Of a stretch of DNA of 35,325 bases, positions 11,286-22,675 are shown in pieces; the first letter of the stretch is position 1, and each line of letters opens with the position of its first letter. A program made the position numbers and the translations under genes. Location: NCBI RefSeq assembly GCF_004010195.1, contig NC_057720.1, positions 9,618,289 to 9,653,613 on the forward strand. The letters are read 5' to 3'. Source of the stretch: Chiloscyllium plagiosum (Eukaryota). The notes under the pieces were generated by a model. That model was not told the origin of the DNA. It searched no databases and saw only the letters and a program-made list of their open reading frames with translations.

Positions 11286-12852
11286 CAATGCTAGTAAGGC
11301 CATTAGTTACCTATCTTTGGTTGCTTTGAGAAGTCGTTCCCTTTATCGTTGCACCCGAATGACGATGCAGGAAGGAAATTGCAGTTTTGAGAGCCAACAA
11401 CAATGAAGGAATGGAAATATTGCAGAAAGGTATGCAATTTGCAATGGATTTTCGAGGTCAAAATAATCCCATTGACTTTGCTGACCTTTCCTTTGCTGAC
11501 AAGGAAGAAAGGCTCTATCAAAGAAAATTGGTGAGTTTGTGCAATGAATTCTGTAGCCAGGATACAGAGGCATGACTAGGGAGAGAATATAAGAGCAGGA
11601 GTAGCAACATCGCGGATTAAGTGAACGACTGCACTCTGGACTGGGCCATGCCTCTTACGTTCTGTTGCAGCTGGATTCATTCAGAAGAGTCATAATTATT
11701 CCACCACACTCCTGGCTCATCACTCCGTCGGATATTTTCACAGATTCATATCAGGTTCCTCTCTCTGCTGTTTTGTAGGGCTGTGCCGACTCGTGTTAAA
11801 ACAACAGCAAGTGATTTGTTCCAAGTAAGTTAAGGAGTGCTACAGCAGCAGCAGTGCTCAGTAATTTCATGACTGCATTTTTTGATGCTTCCTCATATCT
11901 GTAATGTTATAACACAGCCTTAACACTTTTCCCTTACGGAAGGAAAGCAGTGTTGAGGAGTCATTGACCACAGCAAGTTGCTTTTCCTCCTAAGTTGACC
12001 TTATCTTTCACCAGCTCCTGGCAGGCACAATGACTCACACATCCTGTGCATCTACCAGCCAGAAAAATGTATCTTAATCAAGGATTCCAGATACACACAC
12101 TCATTAACATTCCCCTCTCCCTCTCTCTTCACTTGCAGAGAAAACTCTAAGAATTGTGTGCATAATGCTATTGTTACATTTGCATGTAAATTTAGGGCAT
12201 GATCCCAGTTGGAGAGAACATATGAGAAGCTGACTAAATCCTGGGAGATTTGGCACGGATGATTCAGACTGCGAATGGCTATATGATGTCTGTTTTTGCA
12301 ACTTGCCTAGTGCAATTAAACACACAACAGCAAGGAATATGAGAGCAAATTTGTCTCCCACTGGGGCCTGGTGCCTTCATTCTCTACAGAGAGTACAGTT
12401 TAGCAGGTGCAGTGGTGAATTATTTATGTTGTTTCATTATAAACTCGTTGGGTCCCACATACGTGGATGAAGAATTCCTTTTGTGCCGCAATTCGCATTT
12501 GCGAAGAATTTGTCGGCCAAACCAAAACTTCCTTTTGCTTGAAAGTTGCAGCATTAGACTTGAATTTCAGTCTAGGGTTTGCACTGTAGGATTTTCAGGA
12601 AAGGGCCAAATGTAGACAGTATAAAAACAATTGAAGTGAAAACGTTCACTGGGAGGTATAGATTGAAATCAAGAGCTCCGTGACACTGGGAGTCTAGTCA
12701 ATGCTTGGAAGTGAAAAGATAGAGCATTCAGGAAACTCAAGTGAATGGGATCACTTCACTTCACCTTATAGACTGGATGGAAAGTTTGTTGCTAGAAAAG
12801 TCAAAGATAAAAATGTTTACATCAGGATTTTAATTGAGGAGATACATTTTGG

Positions 12853-13062
12853 ATTAGAGTGGCGCTGGAAAAGCACAGCAGTTCAGGCAGCATCCGAGGA
12901 GCAGGAGAATCGACGTTTCATCAGGAATAGAGGCAGAGAGCCTGAAGGGTGGAGAGATTGCAGAGAGAGGAGGAAAGCTTCTTCACAGCAGGCATCCTTG
13001 CAAGAGGATTCGCAGTAGGGTTAAAATCAACTAGGTAAAAACAAGGACTGCAGATGCTGGAG
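12853..13062 (-). mobile_element. P1 element, circularly permuted unit with hammerhead stem II deleted
   Basis: Starts attagagtggcgctggaaaagc and ends aaaacaaggactgcagatgctgg; minus strand reads CTGATGAAACGTC; ACATTTTGG at 12844-12852 and 13063-13071 (probable TSD). Confidence 0.8.
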
Positions 13063-13360
13063 ACATTTTGGCAAAGACACCAGGACATTTTCACTTGCTT
13101 TTTTTATCAGATTGTACTGTGTTTTTTTTTTTGCATTCCCCATCTAGGCAGACAGCTAGACCCTCAATGTATAACTCAACTCAATGGGACAGCGCTTCCA
13201 AGAATACAGCACCATCCCTCCCCATTCCATAAATCCTAGCCCTCATAAGCCCTGTGTGGAATTGAACCCCCAATCTTCATCAGCCAGACACAAGAAGACT
13301 CCACTAAGTCACAAACGATTTGGAAGCTGCTGCATAGTGCCAATATATAATTGCATGATG

Positions 13361-13472
13361 GGGAGCTCGTGGCATTGTCTCTCTCTCTCTCTCTCTGAAC
13401 CAGAAGTTTTGGGGTCAAGTCCCACCTGCTCCAGCAACATGTCATCATGTTTCTGAATAGGTTGAAGAAAAA
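13361..13472 (+). mobile_element. Short tRNA-derived SINE (second copy at 20361-20470, minus) containing a (CT)n tract
   Basis: ggggtcaagtcccacctgctccag..tctgaataggttga; matches the reverse complement of 20361-20470. Confidence 0.55.
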
Positions 13473-13564
13473 TACCTACAATTGCATGATGGTCTTCGAA
13501 AAGTGAATGAGAATATAAAGGTGCCAAAGAGTTCACCAAAAGAGAACTTCATTAGATCAGGTAG

Positions 13565-16560
13565 TAGAGAACCAAAACATTGGAACATAGAACAAAGAAC
13601 ATAGAACATTACAGCTCAGTATAGGCCCATCAGCCCTCAATGTTGCACCGACCTATGATACAGATCTGAAGCCCTATTAACCTGCACTATTCCATTATCA
13701 TCCATTTATTTATCCAATGACCATTTAAATGCCCTTAAAGTTGGAGAGTCTACTGCCGTTGCAGGCAGGGCGTTCCATACCCCTACTACTCTCTGAGTAA
13801 AGAAACTACCTCTGACACCTGTTCTATATTGATCACCCCTCAATTTAAAGCTATGTTTCTTCATGCTAGCCATCAGCATCCAAGGAAAAAGGGTCTCACT
13901 GTCCACCCTATCTAATCGTCTGATCATCTTGTATGTCTTTATTAAGTCACCTCTTAACCTTCTTCTCTCTAATGAAAACTGCCTCAAGTCCATCAGCCTT
14001 TCCTCATAAGACCTTCCCTCCATACCAGACAACATCCTATCAAATCTCCTCTGTACCCTTTCCAAAGCTCCCACATCCTTCCTATAATGTGGCGATCAGA
14101 ACTGTACACAATACTCCAAGTAAGTCCGCACCAGTTTTGTAAGCTGCAACATGACCTCGTGGCTCCAAAACTCAATCCCTCTACCAATAAACACTAACAC
14201 ACTGTTAGTCATCTTTACAACTCTATCAACCTGGCTGGCAACTTTCAGGGATCTATACACTTGGACATGAAGATCTCCCTGCTCATCAACACTACCAAGA
14301 ATCTTACGATTAGCCCAGTACTCTGCATTCCTGTTACTCCTTCCAAAGTGAATTACCTCACATATTTCCACATTAAACTCCATTTGCCACCTCTTAACCC
14401 AGCTCTACAGCTTATCTATGTCCATCTGTAACCTACAACATCCTTCTGCACTGTCCACAACTCTACCAAATTTTGTGTCATCCACAAAAATTACTAACCC
14501 ATCCTTTGATGCCCTCATCCAGGGAATTGATAAAAATGACAAACAGCAGTGGCCTCAAAACAGATCATTAAGGTATACCTCTAGTAACTGAACTCCAGGA
14601 TGCACATTTCCCATCAACCACCACCATCTGTCTTCTTTCAGCTAGCCAATTTCTAATCAAAACTGCTAAATTACCATCAATCCCATGCTCCGTAGTTTCT
14701 GCAATAGTCTACCATTGGGAACCTTATCAAATGACTTACTGAAATCCACATACACCACATCAACTGCTTTACCCTCATCCACATGTACACCTTCTCAAAA
14801 AATTCAATAAGGTTTGTGAGACACGACCTATCCTTCACAAAAGCATGTTGACTATTGTTGTGGAGTTGAGGCATGTACTGTACCCAGAAGAAAGAGTGAA
14901 TGTTGGAAAGCTGGTAAGCATCTGTCATGTGACTGGGTGCAGGCACAGAGTGTACTGAACAATTTAAAGATGTAACATTGAGCAGTAACTCAGAAATAAG
15001 CTATTTTCACAACCATTTGAATTCAAAGCATCAGTTTACATTATGCCCCATGATACTAAAACCCAATCAAATTTGAATTTTACTGTTTTGACAACATCAA
15101 ACCAATGAGGCAATCCAATGTTTTGGTGTATTAAAAAGCAGGCATTTTGAACAGTTAGCCAGAGACTAAGCGCACCTACTATCATTAATATGCTGCCCAC
15201 TGGCCCTCTCTTCAAAAGGTATCATTTTCATATGAAACATCTTTGTAGACCTCGGGGAATCTAGAGACAGAGCAAGTTTGGCACACAATGACAACACCTG
15301 GTTTTGAAAATTGATTTGCTATAAATTTAATAAGGGCTTTATTTGATCAGGACATTGTTATAGAGTGGGAGGTACATAAATCTTTAAGATAAAGGAGGCT
15401 TACAGTTGCAGATAGTTGTTGCTTAATGTTCTCTTTTGGATTTAAAGAATAAATTGTTAATTTCTTTCTTTAAATAGTTGAATTTAGGAAGTTCTCTGTC
15501 ACTCATACTTTAACAGATTGCAAGGTGAGGTGAGCTTTTCTCTGTGTGTGGTTTTAATTAACAGAAGGGTTTACTCATGTTATAACGCTATCCCTAATCA
15601 AATTATTCCTTTTTAGATGATTATAAATCCTATCCCTTATAGTCCTTTCCAACACTTTACTCATAACTGAAGTAAGGCTCACAGGTCTATAATTACCAGA
15701 GTTGTCTCTACTCCCCTTCTTGAACAAGGGGACGGCATTTGCTATCCTCCAGTCTTCTGACATTATTCCTGTAGACAATGATGACATAAATATCAAAGCC
15801 AAAGGCTTTGCAATCTCCTCCCTGTCTTCGCAGAGAAGCCTAAAATAAATCCCATCCAGCCCAGGGGACTACCTTATTTTCATACTTTTCAGAATTGCTA
15901 ACAACTCCTCCTTATGAACCTCAATCCTGTCTAGTCTAATAGCCTGTATCTCAGTATTCTCCTCGACAACATTGTCTTTTTTCTCTATGAATACTGAAGA
16001 AAAATATTCAATTTGCACCTCTCTTATCTCTTCAGACTCCACACACAACTTTCCACTGTTGTCCTTAACAGGCCTTGGTCAACTCAGTCTTTTATTCTTA
16101 ACATACCTACAGAAAGATTTAGGGTTTTCCTCGATCCTACCTGCCAAAGATGTCTATTGTTCCCTCCTGGCTCTTCTTAGCTTTCTCTTTAAGTCCTTCC
16201 TGGCTAACCTGTAACAGTCAAGTGCCTTAAATGAGCCTTTATGTTTCATGTTTACCTAAACCTCCTTCTTCCTCTTGACAAGAGATTCAACTTCCTTCGT
16301 AAACCACGTCTCCCTCCCTTGACCACTTCCTCCTTGCCTGACAGGTACATACTTACCAAGGACCTATAGTAACTGCTCCTTGAACAAGTTCCACATTTCG
16401 ATTGTGCCCATTCCTGCAGGTTCCTTCCCATCCTGTGCAACCTAAATCTTGCCTAATTGCATCGTAATTGCCTTTTCCCCAGCTATAACTCTTGCCCTGT
16501 CTTATATACCTATCCCTTTCCATTGCCAAAGTAAACTTAACCGAATTGTGCTCACTCTCC
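13565..16560 (-). mobile_element. Large CR1 LINE (end of endonuclease, RT, 3' UTR), decayed and split by a solo LTR
   Basis: ORF remnants HLGESEHNSVKF, EDWRIANAVPLFKKG..NYRPVSLTS, HAFVKDRSCLTNLIEFFE, YLEYCVQF, LERRRLRGDLI..VWNALP; (TAGAACA)n tail at 13565-13610. Confidence 0.95.
14856..15587 (+). mobile_element. Solo LTR (732 bp) with 4-bp TSD
   Basis: Begins TGTTGT and ends ATAACG (CA terminus altered); TSD CTAT at 14852-14855 and 15588-15591; the CR1 reads through exactly once the insert is removed; AATAAA at 15448-15453. Confidence 0.85.
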
Positions 16561-17049
16561 CCCAAGTGCTGCTTTCTTGCCTCGAGAAATGATGCTGGGG
16601 CAGGAAAGCCCAGGGCCATATTCCCACCTTACTGTCAACTGAGGCCCTTAAGTGGTCAACTAAGGATCACTTGACGGTCTTACCCTGACCTGTCTGTGAG
16701 TAACTGAGTTCCAATTGTACCCAAGTGTGAGTGAAGCTTAACTCTGACAACTGTTAGGACAGCTTTTCTTTGAACATAGACTTCACCATCTACCCTTTTG
16801 GGATTTGAGCCACTGCCCTCAATCCATTAATCTGGGGGTCTGGACTCCGAGTCCAGTGACATTGTAGCTCCAAGGAGTACTTGAGACAACTACTATATTG
16901 ATACATTTAAGGTGAAGGTAGATAATTACATGAAAACAAAATGAAAAGAAGGATCTTCTGACAGGGCAAATGAGAGAAATGAGAGATGGTTCATGCAGAA
17001 CATTAATTCTGGAATAGCCCAGTTGGGCTGAATGGTCTTATTCGCCAAT

Positions 17050-17225
17050 AAAAACAGCAAAGTTTAGCTGGTGTGGCAGCGCCTGTGGACAGAGAAAGAG
17101 AGTTAACATTTCAAATCTGGTATGGCTTCTTCAGAACTTATTGTCGACACTGCAGAGTTTTGTCAGCATTTTCTGTATTTAGTTTTATTTCAGATTTCTA
17201 GCATCTGCAGTGATTTGCTTTTTTT
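17050..17225. mobile_element. P3 family fold-back fragment
   Basis: gtgtggcagcgcctgtggacagagaaagagagttaacatttc..cttcttcagaa (CTGAAGAAG on minus), then ..tttcagatttctagcatctgcag. Confidence 0.6.
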
Positions 17226-17814
17226 TTAACATAGAGTATATTCGATGAATTTTATGCTCAAAGAATCATGAAGTACAGAAGAGACCTTTTGGCCCATTAA
17301 GTCCGCACTATCACAAATCTACTAAATCTGCACTGGTCTCACTTTCCTGTTCAATGTCACCAAAATAAGGTTACAGACTGACCGTAGTCACACTCGAACA
17401 TGGTGGGTGCTAAACAGCCCTCTGCAGTGACATAACAAACCAGTCAGTTGTATCTTATCATGACCTGCACATTGAGAAGATGGGAATCGCAAAATTCTCA
17501 AGGTGGAAGAAATGGGCAATAAGTGCCCACCTTCTCAGTGTCACCCACCGTCCAAGTCTTAATTCTCATAAAGGCAGTTTCTCTGGAGAGACGTTTGTGA
17601 GCTAATCAATGAAGCAGTGAAAGTAAATCCGTCTTGTAAATCTGAAAGTAAAAGTTCTGATGCATCAGTGCCTGACAGCAAGGCAATGTAACACTGTGAA
17701 TAGAAAATTAAGTCAGGGATAAGGGAGTATTTCCTCAGACTCGGCATGGTTGAGAGGTGCAGTAATTTAACAGGAATGGGAGTTGAAGGCCTGGTCATTG
17801 GATCCCTTTATTGC

Positions 17815-18373
17815 TCATTCTTTCATGGGATGTGGGTGTTGCAGCCAAGGCCAGTGTTCATTGTGTTAGAACTGAAAGGCTTCCTCACCCATTTCAGAGT
17901 GCAGTTAAGAATCAACCACATTACTGTGATCTGTAATTGCATGTAGGCCAGCAGATTTCCATTCCGAAAGGACGCCAGTGAATTAAATGTTGTTATTTCT
18001 TTTTAATGGCAACTTAGAGTTCAGCAGTCACTATCACTTTCCTGCATTTTTTCAAATATTCATTCACAGGATGTTGGCTCACTGGCTATGCCAGCATTTA
18101 TTACCCATAGGGCAGTTAAGTGTCAACCACATCACTGTGGGTCTGGAGTCCCATGCAGACCAGATCTGGTAAGGATGGCAGATTTCCTGGCTTAAAGGAC
18201 ATTAGTGAATCCAATGGGATTTTCCTGACAACAGATTCTTTGTCATCACTAGACTCTTAATTCCTGATTTTTTTTTAGATCAAGTGCATCGGCTATGGTA
18301 GGATTTGAACCCCAGTTGCCTGAGGTTCTGGATTAACAGTCTAGTAAAAATACCACTAGGCCATTGCCTCCCC
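17815..18373 (-). mobile_element. Two SINE-B copies (degenerate about 17815-18000, complete 18058-18373)
   Basis: Colinear with 4805-5134; ends ..ataccactaggccattgcctcccc. Confidence 0.8.
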
Positions 18374-18451
18374 ATTCCAGATGACTTAGCTGAATTTAAA
18401 TTCCACCAGTTGTCATCATGGGATTTGAAGTCATTTGCACAAAGAATTATC

Positions 18452-18645
18452 TTGATGAAGGATCACTGGACTCAAAACATTAACTCTGCTTTCTCTCTGC
18501 AGCTGCTGCCTGCTGAGTTTCTCCAGCAATTTCTGTTTGTGTTTCTTCCCCAGAGAATGCTGGAGAAATGCAACAGGTCTGGCAGCATCTGTGGAGAGAG
18601 AAGCAGAGTTAATGTTTCAAGTATGGTGTAACATTTCTCCGGAAA
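18452..18645. mobile_element. P3 inverted pair with degenerate hammerhead cores at the outer ends
   Basis: TTGATGA-A-GGATC-ACTG-GACTC-AAAA-CA-TT-aactctgc on plus; inverted arm ..agaagcagagttaatgtttc. Confidence 0.7.
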
Positions 18646-18689
18646 TACTCTTTTAAGACACTCCTCAAAACCTTTTCGTTGGCTGAGCA

Positions 18690-19075
18690 GTGACCTTATA
18701 GAGGTTTATAAAATCATGAGAGGCATGGATAGAATACATAGACAAAGTCTCTTCCCTGGCGTGGACGAGTCCAGAACTAGAGGGTGTAGGTTTAGGGTGA
18801 GAGGGGAAAGATATAAAAGAGACCTAAGGGACAACTTTTTCATGCAGAGGGTGGGACGTGTATGGAATGAGCTGCCAGAGGAAGTGGTGGAGGCTGGTAC
18901 AATTGCAACTTTTAAAAAGCATCTGGAAGGGTATATGAATAGGAAAGGTTTGGAGGGATATGGGTCAGGTGCTGGCAGGTGTGACTAGTTAAGGTTGGGA
19001 TATCTGGTCGGCATGGACAGGTTGGACCGAAGGGTCTGTTTCCATGCTGTACATCTCTATGACTATATGACTCTA
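18690..19075 (+). mobile_element. CR1 LINE 3' end
   Basis: MRGMDRI..SRTRG..VWNELPEEVVEAG; tail ggaccgaagggtctgtttccatgctgta followed by CTATGA repeats. Confidence 0.92.
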
Positions 19076-19384
19076 AGACTGCACTTTGGCTTTCTCCTGT
19101 AATGTCACTTTCTGTAGCATGGTGTTATAAATTACTTCACAGTACCAAGTATCTTCAGCCATTGTGTATTCCAGATCATAACATGGCTTCATAAAAAAAA
19201 AATTCCCTGTCACCACAATCTGTGATCCTTGCTTAGGGTCAAATCCTCATTGATGGATGAAGATAAGGGATTCTTTTATTCTCAAAGAATAATGAAATAC
19301 AGAAGAGACCTTTTGGCCCATTATTCCATTTCACTCACTCCCTCACTATTATAAATCTACTAAATATTTTCTGCATGAGGCCAT

Positions 19385-19697
19385 CAATGTTATTCCTAGG
19401 ATGATGACATCAGCTTGTACGAGGGGGCATAACTACAAATTGAGGGGTGATAGGTTTAAGACAGATGTCAGAGGCAGGTTCTTTATTCAGGGAGTGGTAA
19501 GGGCGTGGAATGCCCTACCTGCTAATGTAGTCAACTCAGCCACATTAGGGATATTTAAACAATCCTAGGATAAGCACATGGATGATGATGGGATAGTGTA
19601 GGGGAACGAGCTGAGAATAGCTCATGGGTCAGCGCAACATCGAGGGCCGAAGGGCCTGTTCTGCGCTGTATTGTTCTATGTTCTATGTTCTATGTTA
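19385..19697 (+). mobile_element. CR1 LINE 3' end
   Basis: acgagggggcataactacaaattgagg..gtggaatgccctacc; tail gggccgaagggcctgttctgcgctgta followed by (TTCTATG)n. Confidence 0.9.
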
Positions 19698-19756
19698 TGA
19701 TATTTCATGTACTCATCCAAGTACTTTTCAAAGGTTATGAGATTCCCTACCTCAAT

Positions 19757-20113
19757 GGGGAAGTGAGGGTGGTATTATCACTGTACTATTATTCCAGAGA
19801 CCCAGGCAATATTCTGGGGACTGGGTTCAAATGGCAGATGGTGGGATTTGAATGCAAGAAAATGGAAAAATCTGGAATTAAGAGTCTAATGATGACCATG
19901 AATCCATTGCTGCTTGTCAGGGGGAAAACCCCATCTGTTTCACTAAATGCCCAATAGGGATGGAAATCTGCCATCCTTACCTGGTCAGGCCTACATGTGA
20001 CTTCAGACCCCTCTTCAAGGTAGCTGACTCTTAACTGCCCTCCGGGCAATTAGGAATAGGTAATAAATGTTGGCCCAGCCATCGACGCCTCATCCCATGA
20101 ATGAATTTAATAA
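19757..20113 (+). mobile_element. SINE-B copy
   Basis: tRNA-like head with GGGTTCAAAT; tail gggcaattaggaataggtaataaatgttggcccagccatcgacgcctcatcccatgaatgaat. Confidence 0.85.
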
Positions 20114-20589
20114 AAACTACCCCTCCAGGCAATGCCTTCCAGATGCTCACTATTCTACATCGCCTTCTTTCTATGTCATAGAGAGGAATGCATTAAAATC
20201 TCCATGTTGTTGCTTGACAGACCAAATTTGGATGCTAACAAGAATTGCAAACTGGTAGCACCGTGTTAGTGTGACTACACAAGTAAACCTGAAGTCTAGG
20301 ATAATGGTTTGAGAGCATGGAGATAAATCCCAATGTGATAACTGATTGGATGCAAATCCAGATATTTTCCCAATGAACCTGATCAAAGATTCTGTTACAC
20401 ATCACTACTTGAAGCGAGTAGGACTTGAACTCAAGCCTCCTGGCTTGGAGGAATGAACACTCCCACTGAATGGTGAATCTAATCTAACTGGAAGGTAGAA
20501 TGGATCGATTCTTAATTACCAAAAGTGTAGAACATGATGAGGATATGCAAGAATACAGAATAAAAGCAAAATAGAGGCCTACAAGGGGC

Positions 20590-22459
20590 AAAGCCACTTT
20601 AGATTTAGTACTGGGTAACAAGCCTGTCCAGGTGTTAGATTTGGAAGTAGGTGAGCACTTTGGAGACAGCGATCACAATTCTGTCAGGTTTACTTTAGTG
20701 ATGGAAAGGGATAGGTGTACTCCACCGAGCAAGAATTACAGCTGGGGGAAGGGAAGTTACAACGCAATTAGGAAAGATTTAGGAAGCAGAGAATAGGGAA
20801 GGAAACTGCAGAGGATGAGCACATTAAAAATGTGGAGCTTATTCGAGGAAAAGCTCCTGTGTGTCCTAGATAAGTATGTACCTGTCAGGCAGGGAGAAAG
20901 ATATAGAACGCGTGAGCTGTGGTTTACTAAGGAAGTGGAATCCCTGGTCAAGAAGAAGAAGNNNNNNNNNNNNNNNNNNNNNNNNNNNNNNNNNNNNNAT
21001 AATAGTGGGAAGTTGTGTGTGAAGTCAGAGGAGATAGGGGAAGCACTAAATAAATATTTTTCGACAGTGTTCACTATAGAAAATGAAAATGCTGGCAATG
21101 AAGATACAGAGATACTTGCATCTAGACTAGAAGAGATTGAGGTTCACAAGGAAGAGGTATTAGAAATACTGCAGAGTGTGGAAATACACAAGTCCCCTGG
21201 GCCGGATGGGATCTATCCTAGGATCCTCTGGGAAGCAAGGGAAGAGATTGCTGAGCCTTTGGCATTGATCTTCAAATCATCATTGTCTACAGGAATAGTG
21301 CCTGAGGACTGGAGGATAGCAAATGTGGTTCCCTTGTTCAAAAAGGGTAGTAGAGATAACCCTGGTAATTACAGACCAGTGAGTCTCACTTCAGTTGTTG
21401 GTAAAGTGTTGGAAAAGGTTATAAGAGATAGGATTTATAATCATCTAGAAAGGAATAATCCGACCAGGGACAGTCAGCACGATTTTGTGAAGGGTAGGTC
21501 GTGCCTAACGAATCTTATTGACTTTTTTAACAAAGTGACCAAACAGGTAGATGAGAGTAAACCGGTTGATGTGGTGCAAATGGATTTCAGCAAGGCGTTC
21601 GATAAGGTTCCCCACAGTAGGCTAGTATACAAAATGAGGAGGAATGGGATTGTGGGAGACATAGCAGTTTGGATCAGTAATTGGCTTGCTGAAAGAAAAC
21701 AGAGGGTTGTAGTTGATGGAACATCTTCATCTTGGTGTCCAGTTACTAGCAGCGTACCGCAAGGGTCGGTGTTGGGTCCACTGCTGTTCGTCATTTTTAT
21801 AAATGACCTGGATGAGGGCTTAGGGTGGGTTAGTAAATTTGTGGACGACACTAAGGTCGGTGGAGTTGTGGATAGTGACAAAGGATGTAGTAGGTTGCAG
21901 AGAGACATAGATAGGATGCAGAGCTGGACTGAGAGGTGGCAAATGGAGTTTAATGTGGACAAGTGTGAGGTGATACACTTTGGATGGAGTAATCAGAATG
22001 CAAAGTATTGGCTAATGGTAAGATTCTTGGGAATGCAGATGAGCAGAGAGATCAAGGCTGAGGGCCTTGAGGCTGTTCTCGTTAGAGAGAAGAAGGTTGA
22101 GAGGTGACTTAATAGAGACATACAAGATAATCAGAGGGTTAGATAGGGTGGACAGGGAAAGCCTTTTTCCAAGTATGGGGATGGCAAACACGAGGGGACA
22201 CAACTTTAAAGTGAGGGGGGATAGGTATAAGACAGATGTTCGAGGTAGTTTCTTTACTCAGAGAGTAGTAAGGGTATGGAATGCTTTGCCTGCATCGGTA
22301 GTGGATTCGCCAAGTTTAAGTGTATTTAAGTCGTCATTGGACAGGCAAATGGACGTTTATGGAATAGTGTAGATGGGATGGGCTTCAGATTAGTATGACA
22401 GGGCGGCGCAACACCAAGGGCCGAAGGGCCTGTACTGCGCTGTAATGTTCTATGTTCTA
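20590..22459 (+). mobile_element. CR1 LINE with the longest surviving RT frame (20815-22107, across an N gap); non-functional
   Basis: RT motifs NYRPVSLTS, QHDF..RSCLTNL, DFSKAFDKV, VPQGSVLGP, KFVDD; upstream stop codon, frameshift near 22010, internal deletion near 22053; (TTCTATG) tail. Confidence 0.95.
20962..20998. other. Assembly gap (37 N)
   Basis: Run of n in the sequence. Confidence 1.
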
Positions 22460-22580
22460 TACTGTGGATGCTGCAAATCAGAAACAAACTCAAGGAATGC
22501 TATGGAAACTCAGAAGATCTGGCAGCATCAATGTAGAGAAATAGAATTAACATTTCGAGTCTGATATGATTCTTAGGAAC
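22460..22580. mobile_element. P3 family fragment
   Basis: ggatgctgcaaatcagaaacaaac..tctggcagcatcaatgtagagaaatagaattaacatttcg. Confidence 0.6.
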
Positions 22581-22675
22581 TGCGGTTAATTATTTATTAA
22601 GTATCCTAAACGCATTACATTATCAAAAGTATTTTGGAATCCAAGTATGTTACATCTACTGGTTTCCCCCCTATC

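Noticed and set aside
16630..16682. Imperfect palindrome ggcccttaagtggtc..gatcacttgacggtc
   Set aside because: Too short and degenerate to classify; probably a remnant of an old palindromic repeat
17574..17691. Exon-like open frames (QFLWRDVCELINEAVK; also near 20182-20254, 24860-24974 minus, 34804-34844)
   Set aside because: No recognisable protein, inconsistent strands and phases, mediocre splice sites
20815..22107. 430-aa ORF as a functional or domesticated reverse transcriptase
   Set aside because: Spans an N gap, has an upstream stop, a frameshifted and deleted C-terminus and no intact endonuclease; ordinary CR1 decay
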